The notes beneath the pieces were generated by a model, which did not search any database, was not told where the DNA came from, and worked only from the letters and a program-made list of their open reading frames with translations. From assembly GCF_036365525.1 (NCBI RefSeq), contig NC_090382.1, forward strand, positions 41,505,748-41,569,747: DNA of 64,000 nucleotides, written 5' to 3'. The stretch comes from Heterodontus francisci. Lineage: Eukaryota. Positions within the stretch are counted from its first letter, which is position 1. Each line of letters starts with the position of its first letter. Shown piece after piece: positions 1-13,044 of the stretch. The position numbers and the translations under genes are program-made.

Positions 1-3000
1 ACCCACTCCTTTATTCTGCCACCATCTTGCTGTGCTCTCTCTCAGACCCACTCCTTTATTCTGCCACCATCTTGCTGTGCTCTCTCTCAGACCCACTCCT
101 TTATTCTGCCACCATCTTGCTGTGCTCTCTCTCAGACCCACTCCTTTATTCTGCCACTATCTTGCTGTGCTCTCTCTCAGACCCAGTCCTTTATTCTGCC
201 ACCATCTTGCTATGCTCTCTCTCAGCCCCATTCCTTTATTCTGCCACTATCTTGCTTTGCTCTCTCTCAGACCCAGTCCTTTATTCTGCCACCATCTTGC
301 TATGCTCTCTCTCAGCCCCATTCCTTTATTCTGCCACTATCTTGCTTTGCTCTCTCTCAGACCCACTCCATTATTCTGCCACCATCTTGCTGTACTCTCT
401 CTGAGACCCACTCCTTTATTCTGCCACCATCTTGCTGTGTTGTCTCTCAGGCCCACTCCATTATTCTGCCACATTCATGCTGTGTTCTCTGTCAGGCCCA
501 TTCCTTTATTCTGCCACTTCTTACTGTGCTCTCTCTCAGACCCACTCCATTATTCTGCCACCATCTTGCTGTACTCTCTCTGAGACCCACTCCTTTATTC
601 TGCGACCATCTTATTGTGCTCTCTCTCAGACCCATTCCTTTATTCTGCCACCATCGTGCTCTGTTGTCTCTCAGGCCCACTCCTTTATTCTGCCAGCATC
701 TTGCTGGGCTCTCTCGCAGACACACTCGTTTATTCTGTCATTATCTTGCTGTGCTCTCTCTCAGACCCACTCCTTTATTCTGCCACCATCTTGCTGTGCT
801 CTCTCTCAGACCCACTCCTTTATTCTGCCACCATCTTGCTGTGCTCTCTCTCAGACCCACTCCTTTATTCTGCCACCATCTTGCTGTGCTCTCTCTCAGA
901 CCCACTCCTTTATTCTGCCACCATCTTGCTGTGCTCTCTCTCAGACCCACTCCTTTATTCTGCCACTATCTTGCTGTGCTCTCTCTCAGACCCAGTCCTT
1001 TATTCTGCCACCATCTTGCTATGCTCTCTCTCAGCCCCATTCCTTTGTTCTGCCACTATCTTGCTGTGTTGTCTCTCAGGCCCACTCCTTTATTCTGCCA
1101 GCATCTTGCTGGGCTCTCTCGCAGACACACTCGTTTATTCTGTCACTATATTGCTGTGCTCTCTCTCAGACCCACTCCTTTATTCTGCCACCATCTTGCT
1201 GTGCTCTCTCTCAGACCCACTCCTTTATTCTGCCACCATCTTGCTGTGCTCTCTCTCAGACCCACTCCTTTATTCTGCCACCATCTTGCTGTGCTCTCTC
1301 TCAGACCCACTCCTTTATTCTGCCACTATCTTGCTGTGCTCTCTCTCAGGCCCACTCCTTTATTCTGCCACTATCTTGCTGTGTTCTCTCTCAGACCCAG
1401 TCCTTTATTCTGCCACCATCTTGCTATGCTCTCTCTCAGCCCCATTCCTTTATTCTGCCACTATCTTGCTTTGCTCTCTCTCAGACCCACTCCATTATTC
1501 TGCCACCATCTTGCTGTACTCTCTCTGAGACCCACTCCTTTATTCTGCTACCATCTTACTGTGCTCTCTCTCAGACCCATTCCTTTATTCTGCCACCATC
1601 GTGCTGTGTTCTCTCTCAGGCCCACTCCTTTATTCTGCCAGCATCTTGCTGGGCTCTCTCGCAGACACACTCCTTTATTCTGTCACTATCTTGCTGTGCT
1701 CTCTCTCAGACCCACTCCTTTATTCTGCCACCATCTTGCTGTGCTTTCTCTCAGCCCCACTCCTTTATTCTGCCACCATCTTGCTGTGCTCTCTCTCAGA
1801 CCCATTCCTTTATTCTGCCACCATCTTGCTGTGCTTTCTCTCAGCCCCACTCCTTTATTCTGCCACCATCTTGCTGTGCTCTCCCTCAGACCCATTCCTT
1901 TATTCTGCCACTATCTTGCTGTGCTCTCTCTCAGCCCCACTCCATTATTCTGCCACCATCTTGCTGTACTCTCTCTGAGACCCACTCCTTTATTCTGCTA
2001 CCATCTTATTGTGCTCTCTCTCAGACCCATTCCTTTATTCTGCCACCATCGTGCTGTGTTCTCTCTCAGGCCCACTCCTTTATTCTGCCAGCATCTTGCT
2101 GGGCTCTCTCGCAGACACACTCCTTTATTCTGTCACTATCTTGCTGTGCTGTCTCTCAGCCCCATTCCTTTTTTCTGCCACTATCTTGCTTTGCTCTCTC
2201 TCAGACCCACTCCTTTATTCTGCTACCATCTTATTGTGCTCTCTCTCAGACCCATTCCTTTATTCTGCCACCATCGTGCTGTGTTCTCTCTCAGGCCCAC
2301 TCCTTTATTCTGCCAGCACCTTGCTGGGCTCTCTCGCAGACACACTCCTTTATTCTGTCACTATCTTGCTGTGCTCTCTCTCAGACCCACTCCTTTATCC
2401 TGCCACCATCTTGCTGTGTTCTCTCTCAGGCCCACTCCATTATTCTGCCACCATCGTGCTGTGTTCTCTGTCAGGCCCATTCCTTTATTCTGCCACTTCT
2501 TACTGTGCTCTCTCTCGGACCCACTCCTTTATTCTGCCACCATCTTGCTGTGCTCTCTCTCAGCCCGACTCCTTTATTCTGCCACCATCTTATTGTGCTC
2601 TCTCTCAGACCCATTCCTTTATTCTGCCACCATCGTGCTGTGTTGTCTCTCAGGCCCACTCCTTTATTCTGCCAGCATCTTGCTGGGCTCTCTCGCAGAC
2701 ACACTCGTTTATTCTGTCATTATCTTGCTGTGCTCTCTCTCAGACCCACTCCTTTATTCTGCCACCATCTTGCTGTGCTCTCTCTCAGACCCACTCCTTT
2801 ATTCTGCCACCATCTTGCTGTGCTCTCTCTCAGACCCACTCCTTTATTCTGCCACCATCTTGCTGTGCTCTCTCTCAGACCCACTCCTTTATTCTGCCAC
2901 TATCTTGCTGTGCTCTCTCTCAGACCCAGTCCTTTATTCTGCCACCATCTTGCTATGCTCTCTCTCAGCCCCATTCCTTTATTCTGCCACTATCTTGCTT

Positions 3001-5236
3001 TGCTCTCTCTCAGACCCAGTCCTTTATTCTGCCACCATCTTGCTATGCTCTCTCTCAGCCCCATTCCTTTATTCTGCCACTATCTTGCTTTGCTCTCTCT
3101 CAGACCCACTCCATTATTCTGCCACCATCTTGCTGTACTCTCTCTGAGACCCACTCCTTTATTCTGCTACCATCTTATTGTGCTCTCTCTCAGACCCACT
3201 CCTTTATTCTGCCACCATCGTGCTGTGTTCTCTCTCAGGCCCACTCCTTTATTCTGCCACCATCTTGCTGGGCTCTCTCGCAGACACACTCCTTTATTCT
3301 GTCACTATCTTGCTGTGCTCTCTCTCAGACCCATTCCTTTATTCTGCCACCATCTTGCTGTGCTTTCTCTCAGCCCCACTCCTTTATTCTGCCACCATCT
3401 TGCTGTGCTCTCTCTCAGACCCATTCCTTTATTCTGCCACTATCTTGCTGTGCTCTCTCTCAGACCTAGTCCTTTATTCTGCCACCATCTTGCTGTGCTT
3501 TCCCTCAGAGCCACTCCTTTATTCTGCCACCATCTTGCTGTGCTCTCCCTCAGACCCATTCCTTTATTCTGCCACTATCTTGCTGTGCTCTCTCTCAGCC
3601 CCACTCCATTATTCTGCCACCATCTTGCTGTACTCTCTCTGAGACCCACTCCTTTATTCTGCTACCATCTTATTGTGCTCTCTCTCAGACCCATTCCTTT
3701 ATTCTGCCACCATCGTGCTGTGTTCTCTCTCAGGCCCACTCCTTTATTCTGCCAGCATCTTGCTGTGCTCTCTCTCAGACCCAGTCCTTTATTCTGCCAC
3801 CTTCTTGCTGTGCTTTCTCTCAGCCCCTCTCCTTTATTCTGCCACCATCTTGCTGTGCTCTCTCTCAGCCCCACTCCTTTATTCTGCCACCATCTTGCTG
3901 TGCTCTCCCTCAGACCCATTCCTTTATTCTGCCACTATCTTGCTGTGCTCTCTCTCAGCCCCACTCCATTATTCTGCCACCATCTTGCTGTACTCTCTCT
4001 GAGACCCACTCCTTTATTCTGCTACCATCTTATTGTGCTCTCTCTCAGACCCATTCCTTTATTCTGCCACCATCGTGCTGTCTTCTCTCTCAGGCCCTCT
4101 CCTTTATTCTGCCAGCATCTTGCTGGGCTCTCTCGCAGACACACTCCTTTATTCTGTCACTATCTTGCTGTGCTCTCTCTCAGCCCCATTCCTTTTTTCT
4201 GCCACTATCTTGCTTTGCTCTCTCTCAGACCCACTCCTTTATTCTGCTACCATCTTATTGTGCTCTCTCTCAGACCCATTCCTTTATTCTGCCACCATCG
4301 TGCTGTGTTCTCTCTCAGGCCCACTCCTTTATTCTGCCACTATCTTGCTGTGCTCTCTCTCAGACCCATTCCTTTATTCTGCCACTATCTTGCTGTACTC
4401 TCTCTCAGACCCTCTCCTTTATTCTGCCACCATCTTGCTGTGCTCTCTCTCAGACCCATTTCTTTATTCTGCCACTATCTTGCTGTGCTCTCTCTCAGCC
4501 CCATTCATTTTTTCTGCCACTATCTTGCTTTGCTCTCTCTCAGACCCACTCCTTTATTCTGCTACCATCTTATTGTGCTCTCTCTCAGACCCATTCCTTT
4601 ATTCTGCCACCATCGTGCTGTGCTCTCTCTCAGGCCCACTCCTTTATTCTGCCACTATCTTGCTGTGCTCTCTCTCAGACCCATTCCTTTATTCTGCCAC
4701 CATCTTGCTGTGCTTTCTCTCAGCCCCTCTCCTTTATTCTGCCACTATCTTGCTGTGCTCTCTCTCAGACCCACTCCTTTATTCTGCCACTATCTTGCTG
4801 TGCTCTCTCTCAGACCCATTCCTTTATTCTGCCACTATCTTGCTGTGCTCTCTCTCAGACCCTGTCCTTTATTCTGCCACCATCTTGCTGTGCTTTCTCT
4901 CAGCCCCACTCCTTTATTCTGCCACTATCTTGCTGTGTTCTTTTTCAGACCCACTCCTTTATTCTGCCACCATCTTGCTGTGTTCTCTCTCAGACCCACT
5001 CCTTTATTCTGCCACTATCTTGCTGTGTTCTCTCTCAGCCCCATTCCTTTATTCTGCCACCATCTTGCTGTGCTCTCTCTCAGACCCACTCCTTTATTCT
5101 GTCACTATCTTGCTGTGTTCTCTCTCAGACCCACTCCTTTATTCTGCCACCATCTTGCTGTGTTCTCTCTCAGACCCACTCCTTTATTCTGCCACTATTT
5201 TGCTGTGTTCTCTCTCAGACCCACTCCTTTATTCTG
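1..5236. repeat. 45-bp tandem minisatellite, about 116 units visible, open at the left edge of the window
   Basis: Unit consensus ACCCACTCCTTTATTCTGCCACCATCTTGCTGTGCTCTCTCTCAG repeats continuously. It produces the 15-aa periodic ORFs in all three + frames. Two 44-bp units (near 515 and 2495) shift the frames. Confidence 0.98.
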
Positions 5237-6279
5237 TTGCTGTCTCTGTTCTGCTGGTGTATTTTTATCCTTTCTGGAATGACCCGTCAGAGACCATTCA
5301 TAAGCAAAACATTCCAGTTTCAGAGTTACATTCATATTTCTTTAAGAATGTACGCATATTTAATGTTGAAATACTTGTTGCTTAACAGGGGGTTGCAAAT
5401 TCTATTTCTATTAAGGTAGCTGCATCATAGCCCTGCTATTAGACCCTGCATACTCATTAACTCTCAGAAACATTAAACAATGCTGTTAAATAAGATTGAA
5501 ACAATCATTTATCAAATTATAGATCACAGCTGGAGAGCATTAAAATTCCCTCAACTGGAGGAAAAAGGATGAAATCTCATCTATTTGAGAAAAAAATCAG
5601 TTCTAACTTTTGTTTTAGATTTTTGTCTTACTTTAGCTTTTCTCCCTTTTACTTTAAAAGAAAGAGAACATCACTTTCGTGTCCTGTCCAAGTAAACACA
5701 TTAATTTTATGATGAAGTTCGTTGTGCTGTTCCAAAGCTGTTTTGAGGATTTTCTGCCTGCCAGATTCACCCTAAGAACTGAACAAGTAAACAGTATTGT
5801 TCCCCAGGAGCCAGGCTTACCATTTCCAGAACAATATGGCACTGCAGGCATAACATTACAACTAGTCGTTTCGAGCTCACTACTTGTGAAAACCTTGGGA
5901 AAAACCGTTGAGGAAGTGTCACCTCTTACCCTTCTCGTTCAGGGATATCTTTGAGACACTATTATTTTTTATGATGTAAGACTGGATTTGTCTTTATTTC
6001 ATAGAAACATATATTTTACTTATGGGATATACTTTATTTGAGATATAACTTATTCCTCAATTGCAGCTGGATATATTAACCTCTGCAAGAGAAAATAAGC
6101 TTAAGAGATGATCATTTGCTAAAAATAGTATACTTTCAAAAATATTTTGGAATGTATACTCATTACAATGAAGTAACTTGTTCCACTTTTTCCTAAAATG
6201 TGTGGGCATGGCTCAATTCCATAAATAGGCCAGGCCAAATCACAAACTGGATAAACTGAGTTACTCAGTCAGATTTATT

Positions 6280-7550
6280 TATAGAAAATATGGGCTGATC
6301 AAAGAGAGTCAGCATGGATTTGTGAAGGGTAGGTCATATCCAACTAATTTAGTTGAATTTTTTGAGGAGCTTGGGCACTAACTTGATGGACAGGAGACTG
6401 TCCATCGATGTTCTTTCTCTGAACCTCCAGAAGATATTTGATAGAATTCCACAAAAGTGATTGGCGCACAGAATTGGAGGGAACCTTGTGGCATAGATTA
6501 CTAAATGATTGGGAGGTAAGCAACAAAGTAGGGATCAAGGGAATGTCCTCTCATTAGCAGAATGGGACAGGTAATGTTCCCCAGGGATCTGTCATGGGGG
6601 ACTGAGCTTTTTGCCATATACATCAATGCCTGAATGAAGGAACAGAGAGTTGTACATACAAGTTTGTAGATAATACCTGAGAAAGGAGGCATAATAGCTT
6701 GTGTCGATTGGAGCAGGAAGCGATGAATGAACCCAGACAGAGTGAGTGAGTGGGTAAAACTGTGATAGATGGAGCTCAATGTGGAGAAATCTGAGCTTAT
6801 CCATTTTGGATCCGAAAAAAGCTAATCAATTTTTTTTTCATGCTGAGAGACAAGGAACTCTGGAGGAACAAAGGATTTTGATGGCCAGGTACATAAATCG
6901 CTAAAATCTAGTGCGCAGTTACAAAATATAAAAAGGCTAATTGAATATTAGGCTTTATCTCAAATACCAAGGGGAGGAAGATTTGCTTCAGTTGTACACA
7001 GCCTCCATCTGGAGCACTGTATTCAATTTTGGATATTGCACCTCAGGAAGGATATGTTAACTTTGGAGATGATATAGTCCAGATTCACTAGAATGATGAC
7101 AGAGCTTAAAAGGTTAAATTATGAAGACAATTTGCATAAACTTGGATTGTTTTCCCTTGAGTATGATAGGCTGATGGGCGATCTAATTGAGATGTTTAAA
7201 ATGATTAAAAAGAAAACTCAATTGTATAGAGAAGCTATTTCCTCTGTTGGGGGAATCCATAACAAGGGTAGGGGCAACAATCTTAAAATTAGACACTCGT
7301 CATTCAAGAGTGAAATCAGGAAGCACGTTTAGCACAATGAGTAGTAGAAAAGTTTAATTCTCTCCCCCAGAATGCTCAGGATAGTGGGTCAATTGAAATT
7401 TTTAAGATTGAGATAGATTTTTGTTCAGTATGGGTATCAAGGAAAGTGGATCAATGGTAGGTAAATGACATTGAGGTACAGATCAGCCATGATCTAATTG
7501 AATGATGGAACAGGCTCGATGTGGTGAATGACCTAATCCTCTTCCCGTGT
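6280..7550 (+). mobile_element. Decayed 5'-truncated CR1 LINE (RT region + 3' UTR)
   Basis: Translates as GLIKESQHGFVKGRS..NLVEFFEE and later LKRLNYEDNLHKLGLFSLE..RLMGDLIEMFK. Ends in a CR1-type tail (GATCAGCCATGATCTAATTGAATG). Many stops and frameshifts. Confidence 0.9.
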
Positions 7551-9789
7551 AAGGCAGCTGTTTGCTCAGACATATTCCTGAAGCTTGGAATGTTGCTAAG
7601 ATGGGTTTACTGACCAGGGCACTAGACACACTGGTGAAATGAGTAAGGGATTAGAGGCACTCATTTCATGGGACTACTGGCCTCAGCCCCCAACCCCTAG
7701 TGCTTGATGGCATGGGAAGAGCCAAGTGAAATGCTCTGTCTAGGATCCACAGAAATTTCCAAGAGATTAGTTAAAAATAAAGTAAATCTGCTACAATAAA
7801 CCAACATTATGCATGACAAGCACCTGCTATGAGTTGATACATAAGAAAATCATCTCTGCCAACATTTTAATCTTTTCATACTGGATAAAGCTGGGCAGTA
7901 AGAGGAGGCTGCTCAGATGCCATGCTGCCATAATAGAAACAGGGCAAGGTATTCTTTGCTTAAATGAGGAGATTTATGATATATGACATGATGACAGTTT
8001 GGAAGTAGGTATGAAAGCCTGTATGAATGACAATAATTTTTAGAGCGAATTCACCAAATATCAAACATCTTCAATTTGTGGGATGTTGCATGCTGTGAAA
8101 CTTTAATTATTATTTGACATCGTCTCTTCTCTATATACTTTCAATATTTCCCTACTATTCTTTTCACAGGACGAGATAGACTTTTCATTGGCCTGTACAG
8201 GAAGTGGCTGCTTGATCCCATCAGAAAGGCCGTACATAAAATAATAAGCTAGGCCAACATTAAGGGAGTGCGCAATGGTGAAGCTGGAGGCTTACCCTGA
8301 GCTCATGGCTAGTACTATCATGTTAATATTTTATAATGTTGCATCAAGTGACTGCCACATTGGCACACAGGCAACTTGAGCAACCTGAGAGTAACATGAA
8401 GTGAAAGTAATGCTTCAAAGTGGTTTTCAGGTAACACTGTGATATTTAGTTCCCTTGTTTTCGAAGAATTGAATGAACAGAATGCAACCACAGATAATGT
8501 CTCAGAGTCTGCCCACACAGCACAGCACTCTCAGCATCCTGTGTCATTGTCACACCTCTGCCAAGCACCAGCACAGATCCATGTTTGAGGATGTCATTAG
8601 CAAACTTGAGCAGGAAGCTTCGGAAGTGTTACAATGCATGGGCGAAGAGCAGTTAATTGCTCAAGACCGTTGTTGCTGCAACCAGGGATTGAGAGCTCAC
8701 AGAGAGTGCTGAGTGAAGAGGATTGTTTACATGAGTCACTTCTGTATGTGCAAAACACACTGTGAGGTTTGAGGAGGAGTATTCATGACTCCATTACCTA
8801 GATCAAGAATTGTCAGCACTGCAGTTTGCCATGGAGGCTCTCGAAATTGCAGTGGCCCCTGCAACAAAGTCCTCAGTGAGATAGTTCATGGATATCATGA
8901 GACCACCTCTCCTGAATGCTCATAATGCCATTATGAAGAACTTGGCTTCAAATCTTGGACACAAGTAAAAATATTCTTCAGCTTTGGAAATCTAATAAGA
9001 GCTCACTTTTTAAGCACTGATTGATGTACAGCCCATAACTGGTTTTGTTTGGACACCCCTTGGTCTCACTTCACTAATTTCAACAATTTGTCTGATAAAT
9101 TTGAACATACATAAAAAAACAAAAAAGTATTGTTTTCCTTGCCTTTCAGCCCTGAATTTAATTGGACCTTTTATAAAAGAAAATGATCATCTTTATCGAA
9201 TACAGGAGTGGCTGTTTAAACTGTATATCTAAATAAACTTAGAAATAAATAGAACCCTTTTATTAAGTCAGCAACAAATAATTACACAATGAATGGGATT
9301 TCAACATACTGTCCCAAGTCAAGAAACCAATAAAAAAATTGAGACAAAGAGTTGATACAGTTTGGAAGGATTTTCACAGAACACTGTAGAAATAAGGTAG
9401 AACTACAATTTATCCGATACAATCCTGATTCTACCAAGAAAATCATTCTCCCCTTCTCTTTGTCATCTCTTTCTCTTCGATGTCTTTCACTCCCAGTTCA
9501 CTCCCTCTGTCTATTTCATTTTATCCCTCTCTCTTGCTTTCCCTCATAAACTTACTTCCTCATATTATGGAGGTACTGCAGCAAGAGTGAGCAATCTGTA
9601 AGTCAGCTTAAAGCTGTCATTATAATGCCTGTACTCGTCTGAGACCTGATTAACTGGAGTTATACTATGCCTGCATGGAGCTAAAGTTTTGACACTGAAA
9701 GTCATTGCTGACTTTGTGAACATACACAAAACAGGGGTGTGGGTTTGATGAAGTCACACTGGTTGGGAAATCATGGAAATAAAAGCAAA

Positions 9790-10510
9790 TACTGCGAAAG
9801 TAGCAATTTACTTGTACTTCTTTCAATTTAGTATACTGTATTCGCTGCTCACAATGCAGTCTCCTCTACATTAGGGAGATCAAACGCACATTGGGTGGCC
9901 ACTTTGCAAAACACCTCCACTCAGTCCACAAGCATGACCCCTAGCATCCGGTTCTTTGCCATTGTAATTCACTTCCTTGTTCTCATACCCACATTTATGC
10001 CCTCGGCCTGCTGCAGCGTTCCAGTGAAGCTCAATGCAAGCTCGAGGAGCGGCAGCTCATCTTCTGATTAGGCACTTTATAGCTTTCTGGCCTCAACATT
10101 GACTTCAACAATTTCAGACCATTACCCCCATTTTGATTGTGTTTTTTTAACCATGCGCCAGTCTTAAACTAGTTTTTCATGTTTTTGCTTTCGGACAGAG
10201 CTGTTCATTATTCTCCCATTAATACTTTCTCTGGACAAATGCTTGGTCTTTTACTACAACTATTACCCTTACCTTTGTCTTTTATTCCATGAAATTTTTG
10301 TCATTTAATCTCCTCCAGCCTCTACCCTATCACAGACCTTCCTTTTGTTTTTCTTCCCCCCTTCCCACTTTCACTTGCTCAAAACCTATTACATTTCTAA
10401 CCTTTGCCAGTTCTGATGAAAGGTCATTGACCTGAAATGTCAGCTATGTTTCTGTCTCTATAGATGCTGCCAGGCCTGTTGATTATTTCCAGCATTTTCT
10501 GCTCTTATTT
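9790..10510 (+). mobile_element. Penelope-like element 3' part (GIY-YIG endonuclease remnant + terminal region)
   Basis: FNLVYCIRCSQCSLLYIREIKRTLGGHFAKHL is homologous to the GIY-YIG ORF at 54188-54517. It has the same pyrimidine-rich UTR and terminal motif as that copy. Confidence 0.9.
10409..10445 (+). ncRNA. Minimal type I hammerhead ribozyme motif (Penelope-associated), degenerate
   Basis: AGTT-CTGATGA-AAGGTCATTGACCT-GAAA-TGTC-AGCT: both conserved core boxes, a stem II hairpin and stem I pairing are present. Confidence 0.75.
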
Positions 10511-10511
10511 G

Positions 10512-11233
10512 GGAAATCATGGGCTGTCGGGGGTCAGGGGGGGCCATGGGCCTTGACACCAGGAAGGCCTGGCCCGATATTGCCGGCAGCAGTGAGGCCT
10601 CATGGCAGAACCCCCGTCGCTCTGCGACTGGAGCGAAATCTGTATAGGTAAAAGAATGCAAATGTATGAATAAATGAATGAATAATCTCGATCTGGAGAT
10701 CTGATGTGGGACACTGGTGGGGAGGGGGAATCAAGTAAGTATTTCAGTGGGGGAAGGAGAGCGGGGTCAAACTAATCTGATTGGTGTAGGGGATAGTGGA
10801 AATGGGTGAAGTTTATAAACTTTGGTGGGGGGAATGTCAGGTATACAAGGTAAGTATTTTGCAAGGGAGAGGGCAAGGAATGAATTGTATGGTTATTGGC
10901 AGGGGGGTGGGAGAGGGGCTAGAAACATTCATTTAATTGTTTAAAATAAATGTTAAATGACTATCTCTTTAAATATTTAAACTAAATGGAAGGGCTCGAA
11001 GCCCTTTAAAAATGGCGTCGGTGCCTGGACAGTGGCACCTGATGGGAACGGGCTGCCCGCCCCCTCCACGCCATCGGGGGTGGGGGTGGGGGGAGGGTAG
11101 TCCACCCTGGCCATTTCAATGAGCCGCCACCCCTAATATCACGGTGGGTCCATGAAGTGCTGCCCGCGCATGCAGCCCACCATTGTTTACAGCCGCTGCC
11201 AATTCTGGCTGCGGCAATGTAAAATCCAGCCCC
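10512..11233. mobile_element. Non-autonomous Harbinger-like element (family A), one end lost
   Basis: Ends in GTAAAATCCAGCCC. Shares AAGGGCTYGAAGCCCTTTAAAAATGGCGTC with 42850-42880 and, inverted, with 23390-23420. Confidence 0.7.
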
Positions 11234-12123
11234 ATGAGTCTGCTATGCATGGCTTTTCATCTGTTTATTTAAGTGGTCCATGATTTCCCAACTTGTACTT
11301 TCTGAGAGCACCACTTTCACTAGGAAAGCCAAATCAGGGAATGAGCCATTTAATTAGATCCTCAATTTCCAATTAGATTCCTGTCTGGCTTTCTGCTGTT
11401 CATAATTCTTCAGCTTTCAGATATATGCAATTAACAAGGTGATAGATATTGAAGTGTTGGTGGCAAAATTATTTAGATAATCACAGTCATTTAATACAAA
11501 AAATCTTAACTTTTTTCATTACAATGGGCATCACAGCAAGACTTTTATGGAATTATTAATGGAGTTAATTATTAGTGGAGTTAAAAATAATGCTTATATA
11601 AGTATAACTGAAACAAAGCTAACATAACAATCAAAGACTTTGGAAATGCATCCCAAAAATGCTTTGGTGCTGGGCAGCACACAATTAATTTGCCAAATGG
11701 AACAATTGTGGCATTTAGTGATGGGAAATAGGATTGAGCTGTACAAAAAAATGCATTTAATTTAAAATCAATAGTTAGCCAGTCTCAGCTGAAGTGTCTG
11801 CAATTGGTTTCAGTGTACCTGGATTAGTAATGAAAAATAAAATTAGCCACACTTCTGATTCGTGTTCAGAATGTCAAGACTTCAGATGTCAGGTGGCAAC
11901 AGAATTAGGCTCAATGGTAACACATCATCCATGCTTTATAAGTCTGCAGATGCAATGCTCACACTCACAGATGAGAACAGCTACTTGAAAGAGGATACCC
12001 AACCACTGAAATAGAGGTGAATATAGAAGGTTAGAAGGAAAGGAATCCCCCAAAAGGGGTAAAAGGTAATTTGATTGCCAGCTGACAACAAATCTGAGAG
12101 GTCCACTTCGGAAATAACACAAG

Positions 12124-12865
12124 GGCCAGAATTTTACAGTGGATGGATTGGAAGCGGACTCCGACGTGAAAGTTGGTGGCGAACCCGCTTCCACCTAGCC
12201 TGAGGATTCGTCCTGTATTTTACAGAACCCCAGACTTTAATTGTCCCAAGGCGCGACTTCCACCCACTTGAGGGAGGAGAACCCGCCTCAGTGAGCTGCC
12301 GGCCAATCAGCGGGCCGGCAGCTCCTAGTCCGAGCAGCTTCACTGGGAGTGGTGGCCACTGCTGGGACTGCAGCCCAGCCGACACCATGGATCGAGGCTG
12401 GAAGGTAAGTAGGGGCATGCCTCACCGGGGGATCGGTCCTTCCCAGGTGAGGCTGGAGTGGTCCTTTGTGGGGGAGGAGGGTGTCTTGGGTCCTGGGGGT
12501 GGGTTGGGAGGCAGGGGCAGCCCTCAATCGGCCACCCTGTGCCTGACTGCCATGCCCCCCCGGGGCGCAGAAAGGCGGCAGCTATCGCTGGGTGGCCTTT
12601 CATGTCCCCAGCACACCCACTTGCCATGGGTAAAATACCCGTGGAGGTGGGTGAGGGCTCTTACGTGGCCATTAAGTGGCCACTTAAGGTTCTTGATTGG
12701 CCTCGGGCAGGCGGGCCGTTTCCCACCCTCAGTCCCCCTGCCTGACCACCATAAACTTGTCCAGAGGCGGATTCGGGGCGGGTAGGCCTCCCGGAGCCTG
12801 ACGCTCAATTTTACGCCACCCCCATCCCATCATCCGACCTGCTGGGGCGGCGTAAAATTCCGGCC
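12124..12865. mobile_element. Non-autonomous Harbinger-like element/MITE (family B), complete, about 740 bp
   Basis: Terminal inverted repeats (TIRs) GGCCAGAATTTTAC / GTAAAATTCCGGCC, 3-bp TSD AAG on both sides, GC-rich and non-coding. Inverted homolog at 30162-30909. Confidence 0.85.
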
Positions 12866-13044
12866 AAGGTTACAATATTTGTTTCATTTGGCAAATGAAT
12901 TGTGTGGTGTCAAGTACCAAAGCATTTTTGGGATGCATTTCCAAAGTCTTTGGTTATGTTATCTTTGTTTCAGTTACACTTATATAAGCACTATTTTTAA
13001 CTCCATTAATAATTAGCTTTGTTAATAATTCGCATAAAATACTT

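Noticed and set aside
1-5236. CRISPR-like array
   Set aside because: There are no unique spacers, units are directly adjacent, no cas genes are present, and the context is a vertebrate genome.
27-5385. Very long ORFs (up to 1616 aa) over the tandem array
   Set aside because: The unit is 45 bp and lacks stops in all three + frames. Frames swap at 1-bp deletions with no preference, so the ORFs are a by-product of the repeat.
5821-5893. Possible minus-strand exon (TTTTTCCCAAG..ATG|GTAAG) encoding VFTSSELETTSCNVMPAVPYCSGN; SSELETTS recalls a Dishevelled-3 motif
   Set aside because: The match is only 8 low-complexity residues, downstream residues do not follow DVL, and no other DVL exons are seen. 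It would need RNA-seq or tBLASTn support.
8170-8250. Possible + strand exon after TTCTTTTCACAG
   Set aside because: No convincing donor, frames close quickly, and the peptides are not recognisable.
12134-12808. Cluster of overlapping ORFs and CpG-island-like composition (also 30054-30697 and 23625-24236)
   Set aside because: GC-rich MITE interiors have few stop codons. They are bounded by TIRs/TSDs and repeated elsewhere in the window.
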